Assembly: GCA_964585475.1 (NCBI GenBank)
Contig: CAZPDF010000005.1
Coordinates: 3,323-67,322 of the forward strand
Direction of reading: 5' to 3'
DNA: 64,000 nt
Source of the DNA: an uncultured Candidatus Saccharibacteria bacterium
GTDB taxonomy: Bacteria; Patescibacteriota; Minisyncoccia; Sungbacterales; HO2-52-23
Of the stretch, positions 36,077-45,916 are shown one piece after another. Position 1 is the stretch's first letter. Every line of letters starts with the position of its first letter. Both the position numbers and the translations under genes were made by a program. A model generated the notes under the pieces. It saw nothing but the letters and a program-made list of their open reading frames with translations, had not been told where the DNA came from and made no database searches.

Positions 36077-37699
36077 TTACTTTTGTCGAATAGGCAATTC
36101 TATAAAAAACGTGCTTCCCTTCCCCACCCCCTCTGACTCGGCCCCAATCCATCCTCCGTGGTCCTCCACAACTCGTCTCGCAAAATATACACCGAGTCCC
36201 ATGCCTTCCGGATCTACTTTTCTCGATTCTTCAGTTCGAAAGAATTTAGTAAATAGACGCTCCTGGTCAACCTCTTTTAGACCGATGCCGCTATCGCGAA
36301 TGCTTACCCTCGCAAGATTTTTTCCATCTCTCGTGGTTTTTTCTACCCGAATATGGATCTCTCCCCCATTCGGAGAATATTTTATGGCATTATCCGTGAG
36401 GTTATTGATGGCTTCCCGCACTTTATCGGAATCGAATAAAAACGGTTCTATTGGTGCGGCTTTATCAACCGTAAGGGTAAGGTTTTTTTTCTCAGCCAGG
36501 GGCCGAAATTCTTCTGCCACGCTTTCTACTACGCTACTTATATTATGCTCGATGAATTTGTAGCGTATGGTACCGGCTTCAATGCGAGAAAGATTAAGAA
36601 GGTCCGTGACAAGTTTTACCAATTGGTTGGTTGAAAGAAAAATTTTTCTTATCGCATCTTTTGCCCCTATGCTCAAATTACCGAGTGTTCCTTCAGCCAG
36701 TACCGAAGAATATCCCCGGATGACGGTTAAGGGAGTCCGCAACTGATGGGACGCTACGGAAATGAATTCTGACTTTGCCTGATCAAGCCGCAGGAGTTCT
36801 TCGTTGCTTTTCTCAAGCTTTTTTGCCAGTTTGCTAATATGCTCTTTATCCCGTACTTCTTTTACACTTGCCCGTATAAGCAGCATGCCAACCATAGTGG
36901 AGATTATCAGGATAGAACCATTGATGAGCATTTCCGCATTATCGCGGCTTAGCAGAAACCTAACTAAAAGTATAAGGGAAAGCAAACTAACAAAAATTTC
37001 TACCGCAATTATTTTTACATTCAAAAGATTATGGCGGATAATTGCAAATCCTATGAAGCTTACCATGATAAGCGTACTTATGGGCCCCATAAAAATATAT
37101 TGATGCGTGGAAAATTGCGTAAGGAAAACATTGGTAATACCGGAGATAATCGAGGTGGCGAGAGTTCCCAGGATGACCAGAAGAATTTGAGTTTTAATGC
37201 TTTTCTCGACGGATTCATAGTAATTTTTTATGAGTCGCCGAAAAGCGTCTCCGAGGGTGATGACAAAAAATAGAATATAAAGGGAATGTAACGGGCCCAG
37301 AGCTATAATTTTATTAGGTGATGCAAGGTTAGAGATTCCTACGATGAAGCCCGGAAGAAAGAGAGCAAGACAAATATTGAGAAAACCGCCAATCAAGATT
37401 ATGTTGCGAAGACGTTTTGGGACGACAGACAACGGCGATCCGAAATAAATTGCAAAGTGCCAGAAACTTGCCATGATAATAACCCCCGCAATAAAGGAAG
37501 CGGCAAGACTGTAGAATGCAACCGAGGACTCGGTGGTGAAACGAAGAGAAATAATTGCTACTACCCAAAGTATAATTCCCAGGACGGTAATGGCGTAACT
37601 TATATCCGCGCTTTTTCTTGGTCCGTGAGCAAAAATAATGATAGCAAGGAGTACGTTTACTACTCCGGCCATGACAAGCAGGATTGAAATTGTATCCAT
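36077..37699 (-). CDS. sensor histidine kinase (multi-TM sensor + HisKA + HATPase_c)
   Basis: Six or more TM helices, an ASHQLRTPLT H-box, and N, G1 and G2 boxes (DNAIKYS, DSGIGL, GMGLGV). No adjacent response regulator. Confidence 0.85.
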   Translation of the reverse strand: MDTISILLVMAGVVNVLLAIIIFAHGPRKSADISYAITVLGIILWVVAIISLRFTTESSVAFYSLAASFIAGVIIMASFWHFAIYFGSPLSVVPKRLRNIILIGGFLNICLALFLPGFIVGISNLASPNKIIALGPLHSLYILFFVITLGDAFRRLIKNYYESVEKSIKTQILLVILGTLATSIISGITNVFLTQFSTHQYIFMGPISTLIMVSFIGFAIIRHNLLNVKIIAVEIFVSLLSLILLVRFLLSRDNAEMLINGSILIISTMVGMLLIRASVKEVRDKEHISKLAKKLEKSNEELLRLDQAKSEFISVASHQLRTPLTVIRGYSSVLAEGTLGNLSIGAKDAIRKIFLSTNQLVKLVTDLLNLSRIEAGTIRYKFIEHNISSVVESVAEEFRPLAEKKNLTLTVDKAAPIEPFLFDSDKVREAINNLTDNAIKYSPNGGEIHIRVEKTTRDGKNLARVSIRDSGIGLKEVDQERLFTKFFRTEESRKVDPEGMGLGVYFARRVVEDHGGWIGAESEGVGKGSTFFIELPIRQK

Positions 37700-37784
37700 A
37701 GAATCAGAGTTCTAGTATATGAATTAAAAAAACCTCACAGGTATAATATCACACCCGTGAGGTGCTATCCAGCTTTTGGCTGGT

Positions 37785-38858
37785 CTAGACGCGGACTATG
37801 GCCGAGCCATATTGCCATCCCGCCCCAATTGCTGCAAAAAGGACCAGGTCACCTTTTTTAATTCGTCCACTCTCCTTGCCCTCATGAAACGCAACAGGTA
37901 GCGTTGCCGTATCAAGATTGCCATAGTGATCTACGTGGACAATCACTTTTTCCCAGGGAATTCCCAGACCGTGTGCAATTCTTTTCAGAAGACGGTAGTT
38001 CACCTGATGAAAAACAAAATGATCGATCTCTTTCAGGGTCATGCCAGAACGATTTAGAATGGACCGAATCGTATGATGAAAATGTGACGGACCTACATTT
38101 TTAACCGTACCCACATTCATGTTAAACCGGTGGAGGCCCCTGTGTACCGTATCATGGGTGGCTGGATTTTGTGAACCTCCTCCCTCGAATATTACCGGGT
38201 TGTCCTTACCATGAGCGCCCGCATAAGTGAAGAGTATCCCGTCTTCTCCTTCCTCGGCACGTAAGATCAGTGATCCAGCGCCCTCCCCAAAAATATACGC
38301 ATTGATAAGATTTTTACCAAGAAGTACCATCCGCTCCTGTGGATCTTCAAGTGAATTAACCGCCTGTATGTAGGGTCCCACGGATACACTTCCTACCAGG
38401 AGGATAGTCCTATACTTACCAGCTCTAATTTCAGAATCGGCAATATCAAGAATATAAATAAATCCACCGCAACCTACTGCAGTTGCACCAAGTGCTGGTG
38501 TATCTTCGTTTAGCCCCAGACGCAGATGGAGCATGGTAGCAGGATCCGGCATAAGGTATTCCGGCGTGGAAGTTGCATAGAGTACCCGATCAATTTCTTT
38601 GGCTTCAATATTAGCGTCTTCTAACGCAAACACTGCTGCCGCAAAAGCATTATCAAGATCATAGTAGCCAGAGCGCATCATACCAAGGTTGAAATCAAAG
38701 GAATTACGTCGTTCCTTTATGCCTAGTTTTCTTTCAACCCAAGAAGGAGTCCACTCTTCCGACTGCGGTTTTGGAAAGAACTCGCCAATAACCTGATTGG
38801 TAATCGGGAATGGAGGAAGAAATGCTCCGCTGCCCAAGATTTTAGCCCTTAGCGCCAT
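37785..38858 (-). CDS. 3-oxoacyl-ACP synthase III (FabH/KAS III)-like condensing enzyme
   Basis: Active-site Cys in AVGCGGF, His in HQVNYRLL, and Asn in GNLDTATLP. The start overlaps the ddl 3' end by 17 nt. Confidence 0.7.
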   Translation of the reverse strand: MALRAKILGSGAFLPPFPITNQVIGEFFPKPQSEEWTPSWVERKLGIKERRNSFDFNLGMMRSGYYDLDNAFAAAVFALEDANIEAKEIDRVLYATSTPEYLMPDPATMLHLRLGLNEDTPALGATAVGCGGFIYILDIADSEIRAGKYRTILLVGSVSVGPYIQAVNSLEDPQERMVLLGKNLINAYIFGEGAGSLILRAEEGEDGILFTYAGAHGKDNPVIFEGGGSQNPATHDTVHRGLHRFNMNVGTVKNVGPSHFHHTIRSILNRSGMTLKEIDHFVFHQVNYRLLKRIAHGLGIPWEKVIVHVDHYGNLDTATLPVAFHEGKESGRIKKGDLVLFAAIGAGWQYGSAIVRV

Positions 38859-39915
38859 CGTATCTTCTCCCCGATTTTCTAAGAGCGCTGTTTATAATTA
38901 TATCAAGTAATTGTGAAAAGCCAATTCCTGTTACACGTGCCGCATCCGGCAATAAGCTTGTCGAAGTCATGCCGGGAATGGTGTTTATTTCGAGGATATA
39001 AAGCTTTTTGTCGTTTCCGAGGATAAAGTCGGAACGCGACATGTCGGAACAGCCAAGAGCCGCATGGGCCGTGCTTGCCGCGCTCTTGATTTCTTGGAGA
39101 GTTTTATCCGAAACACCCGGCGGCGGAATTACGTGTTCCGAACCGCCTGTTTCGTATTTGGAGCGATAGTCGTAAAAACGTCCTGCTTTGGGCAAAATTT
39201 CAATTGGCGGGAGCGTGACAAGTTTTCCTTTTTCATCTTCCAAAACAGCGCACGTTATTTCTCTGCCCTTGATAAATTTCTGCAGTATAACTCGCGGAGA
39301 GTGACGAAACGCTTCTCTTATTCCCGACCGAAGCTCTTTTTTATTACGCGCGATGTTCACCCCCACGCTTGATCCTTGGTTCGCGGGTTTAACCACTATC
39401 GGCCAGGAAAGGGTTTTAATAATCTTTGTGAGCAGATGAGAATTTCTTAGGTCGTCCTTGGTGATTACTTCATATTCAGGAACCAGGAGTCCCGCCTCGT
39501 TAAAAATCGCGCAGGATCGGGGCTTATCCATTCCTAAGGCGCTTGCGAGAACCCCTGATCCCGTATAGGGAATGCCTATGCCTTCTAGAAGTCCTTGAAT
39601 AGTGCCATCTTCTCCGTATTTTCCATGCATGGCGATAAAGGCCACGTCTGGCTTTTCGCGGCGAAACTTGTGGAGCGCCGTTTTTTCGCGGAGCATCGCG
39701 GCTTTTGTGGCTACATCTGGTTTCTTAAGCAATGTTGCCGAATTTTCCGGAAGAAGCCATCCCCCGCTTTTACTGATGATGACGGGAAACAATTCGTACT
39801 TATTTTTATCCAGATTTTTCATAATCTCCTCTCCTGTATCCAAAGATACCCCGTGTTCAGATGAGGGCCCGCCCATTAAAACCAGAATTTTTATTTTTCT
39901 CTTGCGATGCGCCAT
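38842..39915 (-). CDS. ddl: D-alanine--D-alanine ligase (ATP-grasp)
   Basis: KILVLMGGPSSEHGVSLDTG N-terminus and an ATP-grasp core with a C-terminal EINTIPGMT motif. Confidence 0.8.
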   Translation of the reverse strand: MAHRKRKIKILVLMGGPSSEHGVSLDTGEEIMKNLDKNKYELFPVIISKSGGWLLPENSATLLKKPDVATKAAMLREKTALHKFRREKPDVAFIAMHGKYGEDGTIQGLLEGIGIPYTGSGVLASALGMDKPRSCAIFNEAGLLVPEYEVITKDDLRNSHLLTKIIKTLSWPIVVKPANQGSSVGVNIARNKKELRSGIREAFRHSPRVILQKFIKGREITCAVLEDEKGKLVTLPPIEILPKAGRFYDYRSKYETGGSEHVIPPPGVSDKTLQEIKSAASTAHAALGCSDMSRSDFILGNDKKLYILEINTIPGMTSTSLLPDAARVTGIGFSQLLDIIINSALRKSGRRYDGAKG

Positions 39916-39960
39916 ATATTAACTGTAACGCCTTTATCTAGTAAAAGTAATTGCCGACTC

Positions 39961-40998
39961 CTATCGGAATCGGCTTAAAATTGAACGGGCCCTGCAGGAT
40001 TCAGGCCAGGATTCGCAACGGTGATACTTGCCTTCCAGAGAAAAAGGAGCAAGGGCATATTCCGGCTTTTCTTTTATGCGCCGGCCAAAGTATGGAATCC
40101 AAATAATTCCGACGGGAACATATACGAAAAGCGTGAATCCTTCAGCGACAAGATGCGAAGCGCTGTTTCTTTGTCTTCCAAGGAGCATGGCAAACCTGAA
40201 CCAGCTTGGATGGATATTTCTCCTTCTAGTTTCGCGCTTCAGCTCGTCAATGGCCCAAAGATCCTGCGTTGCAAATTCGGGGTAAAGTATCCCCTTTCCT
40301 CTTTTTTGGGACCAGGCCGTAAGTTCCAAGGCGCGTTCGCAAAGTGCGGAGAATCGTTCACGGATCTCATTCGAATCCCGGAGAATGGATTGCTCGGAAG
40401 ACGTGTATGCTCCCTTGCAGAGTCGAAGCCCGAGGATCTTACCTTTCGGGAGATACTCGACATAGTGAGGTAATACGTTATCGAAAAATTCAATGCTGTC
40501 GAATTCTCCGGTTCCGTATGCTTGGAGCGCTACGCCGACAAAATCGTTGTGGCGGTGCACCTCTTTCGCAAGAAGCCAAGTATCTCTTCTGCTCTTCAAT
40601 AATTCCGCATCCAGCCACGGCCGGACTCCAGAGAGATGCGCTCTCTCCAAAACTTGTGAAATTTCTGGAAAATCTTTTTGCCAGACGCCATGACGCCAAA
40701 CCGTGCGCGGTTCGTGAATTCCGTACTGGCTCGGCTTCATCGAGACGTCGGCCAGGAGTTTTTGTCCATGAACCCCGTCAATCAGATGCTGATACGCTAC
40801 CCCGGTTTTTATTATTTCGGTTTTGTCCGAAATATCCTCGCCGATGTAGTCAATGATGGCTCCAAATCCCATAGAATTAAGCCATGCAGTTTTGGTCAGG
40901 GCATGCCTGAGTTGGAGTCCGGCGAAAAAGCGATGTACCATGGGCCACGCGGCAACATACGCCAACCGGTTGAAAACCGGGCTTCGTACTAAGTTCAT
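39961..40998 (-). CDS. proline dehydrogenase family protein
   Basis: GVALQAYG, LRLCKGAYTS (compare RLVKGAY), FATQDLWAI (compare FATHN) and VYVPVG...PYFGRRIKE (compare vPYG..pYL.RR) are present. It lies in a GC-richer segment. Confidence 0.55.
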   Translation of the reverse strand: MNLVRSPVFNRLAYVAAWPMVHRFFAGLQLRHALTKTAWLNSMGFGAIIDYIGEDISDKTEIIKTGVAYQHLIDGVHGQKLLADVSMKPSQYGIHEPRTVWRHGVWQKDFPEISQVLERAHLSGVRPWLDAELLKSRRDTWLLAKEVHRHNDFVGVALQAYGTGEFDSIEFFDNVLPHYVEYLPKGKILGLRLCKGAYTSSEQSILRDSNEIRERFSALCERALELTAWSQKRGKGILYPEFATQDLWAIDELKRETRRRNIHPSWFRFAMLLGRQRNSASHLVAEGFTLFVYVPVGIIWIPYFGRRIKEKPEYALAPFSLEGKYHRCESWPESCRARSILSRFR

Positions 40999-41103
40999 CC
41001 TATGCCTCGTAGCTTAATTAAGGATCAAAACTTCCGCTATCATCCCAAAAATTTGTGAGGGTGTCAAATAATTCCAATAAAAAGCCGCGCCGGTAGAGGC
41101 GGG

Positions 41104-42429
41104 CTATGCGATAAAAAGCTGTGCGTTCATGGCGAGGCGAATATAGCTTTCAGGTACGATGGCGTCATCCGTGAAGCCAAGCTCCGTAATCACGGTCATG
41201 AGTTCGTCCTCCGTGGTACGCGTGTACCCCTTGATCTCGGTGAATTCTCCGAGCTTATTAACGGAATCCCGGTGCATGATGAAGCCGTCGCGGCTGAATA
41301 GCTCGCGCGATTTCTCAATTATGTACACTGGCGTGAATTCGGAGAGAAGCTCGCTCATGCATTCCCTTGAGATGGGGATTGGAATCTTTGGGCGGAAGCG
41401 CGTACTAAAGGATTCCTTCTTGTAGATAAAGTAGTGCTGTTTTTCCCCGCAAGAGCTCATAACGAAACATTCGTTGTCTTCAAGGAACCGCCTGTTTTTG
41501 GGGGTAAGGTAGGTATCATGCTCCGAAACCGCCCCCTCGAATCTCCAGCCGCATTTCCGAAGCTCTTCGTGTGTCCGCGCGCCGCGAAGCTTGATCTCCG
41601 GGCCGGTAACGCAAGCCCTTTCTTTCATGAGGTCGATACTCCACGGGAGTACTTCATCTTCGGAGAGCGCAAGCCGCCGCTCCAAGCTTTCGATCATGTG
41701 AGCCACAAGTTTGTGTTCGGTCTCTTCCTCGGGTTCGCTCGAGGTATCAATGATGTTAAGCGAGAGGTGGGGAATTTCTCGCGTGAGCGTTTCGCAGATA
41801 TGCATTACGCAATCACGATAGCTTGCAAGAAATGTCGGGTTCATCTTTGACCCGAAGATCACCTTTCCCTCGCGCCATGCCGGGCCGAACTCGCGGTCGA
41901 GCGCCACCTCCGGCGTTACCGTGAGGCATTCGATAAAATCAAACTCTTTCAGCCAGTCGGTCTGCATAATGAAGGCTTTGAGCACCTTGAAGAGATGGCC
42001 GCTGATTGCCCCGTCGCGCCGGTCTTTCTCAAGCCATACGAGCGTATCAAGAATTCCGCGGTTTGCGAGCATCATGTGGTAGTCGCGGTTCACCGCACCT
42101 TTGAGCAGACGGTCAAATGAATATACAAAGTGCTGCATCTGGGAGCTTAGAGTGTGATCCTTGGGGCGTTTGCGGATGTCGTCCGCTTCAGCGCTTTCCT
42201 GATGGACAAGCACCCGGAACTTGCTTTGCCTGAACCAGCGATCAAGCCGCACAAGCTGTCTATCCTTTCCGGCCTTTGCCATGCCGAAGAGTTCGCCCAG
42301 CGCCGGTTTTACCGGACGCTCGCTCTTCCGTCTTGGTTCATCCAGCCGTCTCAAAATTCCAAGAGCTTTTGCGCGAAGCAGGGCTTCATTATAAATGAGT
42401 CCGCTTTCCATGCGTCTCCTCCTACTCAA
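41104..42429 (-). CDS. hypothetical protein with C-terminal CYTH-like (class IV adenylyl cyclase / triphosphate tunnel) domain
   Basis: C-terminal EIKLRGARTHEEL...EKSRELFSRDGFIMHRDSVNKLGEFTEIKGY parallels the CyaB EVELKF...EKQRSIYF..HITVDHLTGLGDFAEI. The N-terminal 250 aa or so are unknown. Confidence 0.4.
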   Translation of the reverse strand: MSRRRRMESGLIYNEALLRAKALGILRRLDEPRRKSERPVKPALGELFGMAKAGKDRQLVRLDRWFRQSKFRVLVHQESAEADDIRKRPKDHTLSSQMQHFVYSFDRLLKGAVNRDYHMMLANRGILDTLVWLEKDRRDGAISGHLFKVLKAFIMQTDWLKEFDFIECLTVTPEVALDREFGPAWREGKVIFGSKMNPTFLASYRDCVMHICETLTREIPHLSLNIIDTSSEPEEETEHKLVAHMIESLERRLALSEDEVLPWSIDLMKERACVTGPEIKLRGARTHEELRKCGWRFEGAVSEHDTYLTPKNRRFLEDNECFVMSSCGEKQHYFIYKKESFSTRFRPKIPIPISRECMSELLSEFTPVYIIEKSRELFSRDGFIMHRDSVNKLGEFTEIKGYTRTTEDELMTVITELGFTDDAIVPESYIRLAMNAQLFIA

Positions 42430-42524
42430 AGAGCTAGTACGTCTTTTATTAGTACGTCATGAAATAAACTGCGTCAAGAATTGCGTCTTATCCAATTTTA
42501 TGGTAATTTAGGTTGAGTATTTAT

Positions 42525-42598
42525 CCGCCCGTAGCTCAGCCTGGTAGAGCACCTGCCTTTTAAGCAGTGTGTCGGAGGTTCAAATCCTCCCGGGCGGA
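42525..42598 (+). tRNA. tRNA-Lys (anticodon UUU)
   Basis: Cloverleaf with acceptor ccgcccg/cgggcgg, D-arm gctc-agcctggta-gagc, anticodon loop cTTTTaa, T-arm ggagg-ttcaaat-cctcc, and discriminator A. No encoded CCA. A hairpin/T-run terminator follows. Confidence 0.8.
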
Positions 42599-42629
42599 TT
42601 TAAAAAGTGTAATAAAAAAACCGCGAGTA

Positions 42630-43061
42630 TTACATACCCTGCGGTTCTGTTTTTTGTTGAATTTGCTGTTGCAAATCCTCTGGTAGGAGTCCGGCGATTG
42701 ATCGTCCGTTGATCTTTGGGAGTCTTAAGGCGTTTATAGCCGTCAGGCTGTCATTGGTGAGCCCAGCGTAGTATTCGCGCATGATTCTCGTCATCTCCGT
42801 GTGAGACATGTTTGGGTCATTGAAACGAGCCCACTTGGAGCGTTCCGCGGCGGTAATGCTGCTAAACCTCTTTACTACCGTATCTTCAGTTACCTCAAGG
42901 AGAAGCGAGAGACCGTCCAGGAAGTGCCCCTCGATTAGCTGTCCTTTCTTAAAGTCATTTGAACCTTCCCTATAGATACGAAAATCTAGGCAATCTTCTC
43001 CGGTCAAAAAGTTTCCGATAAGTCCTTCTACGAAAATCAGTCGCCACGCCTGCTTTGCCAT
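42630..43061 (-). CDS. hypothetical protein
   Basis: 143-aa ORF. Its 3' end overlaps the tRNA terminator hairpin. Confidence 0.3.
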   Translation of the reverse strand: MAKQAWRLIFVEGLIGNFLTGEDCLDFRIYREGSNDFKKGQLIEGHFLDGLSLLLEVTEDTVVKRFSSITAAERSKWARFNDPNMSHTEMTRIMREYYAGLTNDSLTAINALRLPKINGRSIAGLLPEDLQQQIQQKTEPQGM

Positions 43062-43174
43062 TATCTATCCTCCAACACGGATCTAAACGAATTATGTTCT
43101 GACGAAAATTACTCGTCAAGTAGCTCCTACAGAGCTGATTTTAAAAGTCCTGCGGTCTTCGCAGGACTTATGCT

Positions 43175-43885
43175 TTATGCCCCGGAACGTCGTTCGCGGG
43201 ACTTGAATTCTTTGATCATGGAAGCAAGTTCGTTCATCGTAAAATCCGGCCAGAGCGTTTCGGTGGAGAAGAAATGCGCCTTTCTCAATTGCCACATGAG
43301 CTCTCCATTTGAAAGATGCATTTCCCCGCCGGTGCGAACATACATATCCACGCATCCGAGAAATCCGCTTGGCATGCACTGGTCAATCAAGTTGGCAGTT
43401 GTTGGGATGCTTCTCGGAATACCGCGCATGCGGTCAATCGCCCCAAGAAACTCTTCGTCGCCGTTATATGCGAGAAGAAGCGTAAAGGTTTGGCCGCATC
43501 TTGACTTTGTTTCTTCTTGAAGAGTATCTACTTTGAGGGCAAGACGCGCAGGAACTAGATTTCTATTCCAATAATCCCCTACTACGCGGAAACGAATGTC
43601 GCGCTTCTTAAATTCGGCGTCTTCCCGAAGTTCTTCAATGCCTTGGTCAAGAAGCCGGAAGAGGTTCCCCACCTCTTCAGGTTCCCTATTTTTGCCATTA
43701 TCTTTTGAAAGAGCCCAGAAGATAAAATTGTCTACGTCATGGTCCCAGACATCGCGTAGGATGCATTTCAAGGCGTCATACCCCTTCCGGTGGCCCTGGT
43801 AGCGCTCTAAACCCTCTTGCATCTCGTATCGCCTGTTTCCGTCAGGAACACAGCATATAGCAAGACCCTGCGTCTGGATTTCCAT
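43175..43885 (-). CDS. uppS: undecaprenyl-diphosphate synthase (cis-prenyltransferase)
   Basis: VPDGNRRY N-terminus, and VRTGGEMHLSNGELMWQL...ETLWPDF matching the UppS RTSGE..LSNFLLWQ..WPDF block. Confidence 0.75.
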   Translation of the reverse strand: MEIQTQGLAICCVPDGNRRYEMQEGLERYQGHRKGYDALKCILRDVWDHDVDNFIFWALSKDNGKNREPEEVGNLFRLLDQGIEELREDAEFKKRDIRFRVVGDYWNRNLVPARLALKVDTLQEETKSRCGQTFTLLLAYNGDEEFLGAIDRMRGIPRSIPTTANLIDQCMPSGFLGCVDMYVRTGGEMHLSNGELMWQLRKAHFFSTETLWPDFTMNELASMIKEFKSRERRSGA

Positions 43886-44146
43886 CCCGTTTTTTCCTTA
43901 AGCAGGTTATTTGATATTTTACGATATTTTCTGATATAATGCAATAGCAGGAAATTCGGGCCTATAGTTCCGACCTTCATTAAAGTTATATAGGAAGTCG
44001 AGAATCCACGATTTGACCAAATGAAGACTTGGTCAAATCGGGACTTAGTGGCAGTGTCCCGATTCAATTTTGATTGAATCGAGGATGCTCGATTTTCAAA
44101 GAAAATCGGCACATCCGGTTTGTTCACCCTCCCACCTTTTATGTTA

Positions 44147-44217
44147 GGGCTCATAGCTTAGTGGTAGAGCACCCGGTTTGCATCCGGGAGATCGGGGTTC
44201 GATTCCCCGTGAGTCCA
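44147..44217 (+). tRNA. tRNA-Ala (anticodon UGC)
   Basis: Acceptor gggctca/tgagtcc with a G3:U70 identity pair. Anticodon stem cccgg/ccggg with loop ttTGCat. T-arm cgggg-ttcgatt-ccccg. Discriminator A. Confidence 0.85.
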
Positions 44218-44342
44218 TTGGTAAAGGTGGGAGGGCAAGTCCGGTAGATGGGAGTTCCTCCGATTTTGTCTGCGGTATTACCGCAGCTACAAAATCGAGA
44301 GTCCTCGATGTGGTAAATCAAATCAAAGATTTGAACCACATC

Positions 44343-44362
44343 GGGAGATTCCCCGTAGGTCC
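44343..44362 (+). repeat. partial direct duplication of tRNA-Ala 3' end (gattccccgtaggtccat vs gattccccgtgagtccat)
   Basis: Seen directly 125 bp downstream of the tRNA. It is att-site-like. Confidence 0.6.
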
Positions 44363-44474
44363 ATCGAGCTAAGATTGAGGGGGGTTGTTACCAAGCCAAG
44401 CGTTCAGACAATCCAAAAAATCGTCAAGTCGTTAGGCGTTCCTATGGAGGATTTATTAAAATAATTTTTACAAT

Positions 44475-45410
44475 ATGAAAATAGAAATCTTTGAAGAAGA
44501 CGGCGACAATACACTCTCATTTGACGACAAGTACGCCGATTTTACAATTGACATATACTCTGATTCAAAAACCTATCAATCAAGAATGAACTTGAAGGAC
44601 GATGTCTATTATCGTACCGAAAAATTTGAGTATCGTATCAAAACTGACCCTTTGAAAGTAGAGACTAGATTAACCGAACGAGTAGATGAACCCCCAGAAA
44701 GATACTGTGTGAAAGACGGAGTTGTTTTAGAGTCAGATATTCTTGCTGATAGAAAGGAAATGGCTATGTCCTCAATGACTAAAGAGTTTATTGATGGTCT
44801 TAAAAAAGAAGTTGAATGGCACGAGGATTGGGTGGGCAATCCTGTCTCAATGTACATACTTTCTAAACATCCTGAAATAGTTACGCCAGACGATTATCGC
44901 CGAAACTTGCGACAATTGTCAGAAAAAATAAAGAACGCAACTCTCAAGGTAGAAAAAGCACTTGAGTCAGACAAAATGGGTTTGCAGGTAACGGATGAAT
45001 GGGTAGATTCAGGGCGAACAATCTGGCTTTCAAAATCAAAACAGGATGAGTTGTCGGAAGAGGAAGTCAAAAAAGCTATTGAGCATCAGCACAAACTCCA
45101 AGAACAATTTTTTGATGAGAAATCAAGTGAATATGTAGGCGTTTCTGAAGGTGAATTTAGGTCAAGTGTCGACATACTGGAAAATATTGAGACATTTCTA
45201 AACAAAAAGCCCGCCTCTGTAAAAAAAGAAGCTGACCAAAAAATCTCAAAAACGAAGGGGTATATTATCTCTGTACTTTTGACTCTATTTCTTTCATGGG
45301 TCATAAGTTGGTTTGTTGATATAAACCCATTTTTGATTTTTGTTATTGTGCAGGTTGTTGCGTTTGCACAAAGCATTATTGGAGGTTGGTTGGGTAAGTT
45401 TTTTGAATAA
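44475..45410 (+). CDS. hypothetical protein with two C-terminal transmembrane helices (AT-rich island gene 1)
   Basis: 311 aa, roughly 36% GC. A cytoplasmic domain precedes VLLTLFLSWVISWFV and LIFVIVQVVAFAQSIIGGWL. Confidence 0.4.
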   Translation: MKIEIFEEDGDNTLSFDDKYADFTIDIYSDSKTYQSRMNLKDDVYYRTEKFEYRIKTDPLKVETRLTERVDEPPERYCVKDGVVLESDILADRKEMAMSSMTKEFIDGLKKEVEWHEDWVGNPVSMYILSKHPEIVTPDDYRRNLRQLSEKIKNATLKVEKALESDKMGLQVTDEWVDSGRTIWLSKSKQDELSEEEVKKAIEHQHKLQEQFFDEKSSEYVGVSEGEFRSSVDILENIETFLNKKPASVKKEADQKISKTKGYIISVLLTLFLSWVISWFVDINPFLIFVIVQVVAFAQSIIGGWLGKFFE

Positions 45411-45425
45411 GTAAGATTATATTTT

Positions 45426-45875
45426 ATGAACCAAACAAAATCAATTTCATTTCAAGGACAGGAATACTTTGATGATAGACTGTATGTTTTATATTTGTGC
45501 AAAGGCACTGTTGAAATTGAACCTGATAGCGATGGGGCTGTTTGGACGAGAATTTATCACGAACAGGCACCAACCGATCACATTTGGTGCGTAGCAACAT
45601 ATAGAAATTGTAATCGTTATCCTTTATATCGAGTAGATAGTTTTTATAAAAAAGAAGATGCGGTATTGTATATGAAGAAAATTGAGCCAGAAACTCCCCT
45701 GATCAGTTTAAGTGGCAAGTCTCCACTCCACCCAGTTTCTTATGAAGAATATCTATCATGGAAAAAAGAAAATGATATTAAAGAATATGATTGGCAGTCG
45801 CTGTATTCGCCTGATGGGAAAAATGCTAGTGAATCTATAGGGCAAACAAAGGAACAATTTAAGGGGATAATGTAA
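45426..45875 (+). CDS. hypothetical protein (AT-rich island gene 2)
   Basis: 149-aa ORF. AT-rich. Confidence 0.35.
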   Translation: MNQTKSISFQGQEYFDDRLYVLYLCKGTVEIEPDSDGAVWTRIYHEQAPTDHIWCVATYRNCNRYPLYRVDSFYKKEDAVLYMKKIEPETPLISLSGKSPLHPVSYEEYLSWKKENDIKEYDWQSLYSPDGKNASESIGQTKEQFKGIM

Positions 45876-45916
45876 GAATCAACATTTGGTAAGGACTACC
45901 CTTACTAACCCAAAAA

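Noticed and set aside
44218-44474. RNase P RNA or tmRNA downstream of tRNA-Ala (caagtccgg resembles the P4 AAAGUCCGG)
   Set aside because: The region lacks the other universally conserved RNase P blocks (ACAGAA.CCGGCUUA, GGUAAGAGCGCACC) and the tmRNA tag-reading-frame features. The tRNA-like piece is only a partial T-arm and acceptor duplication.
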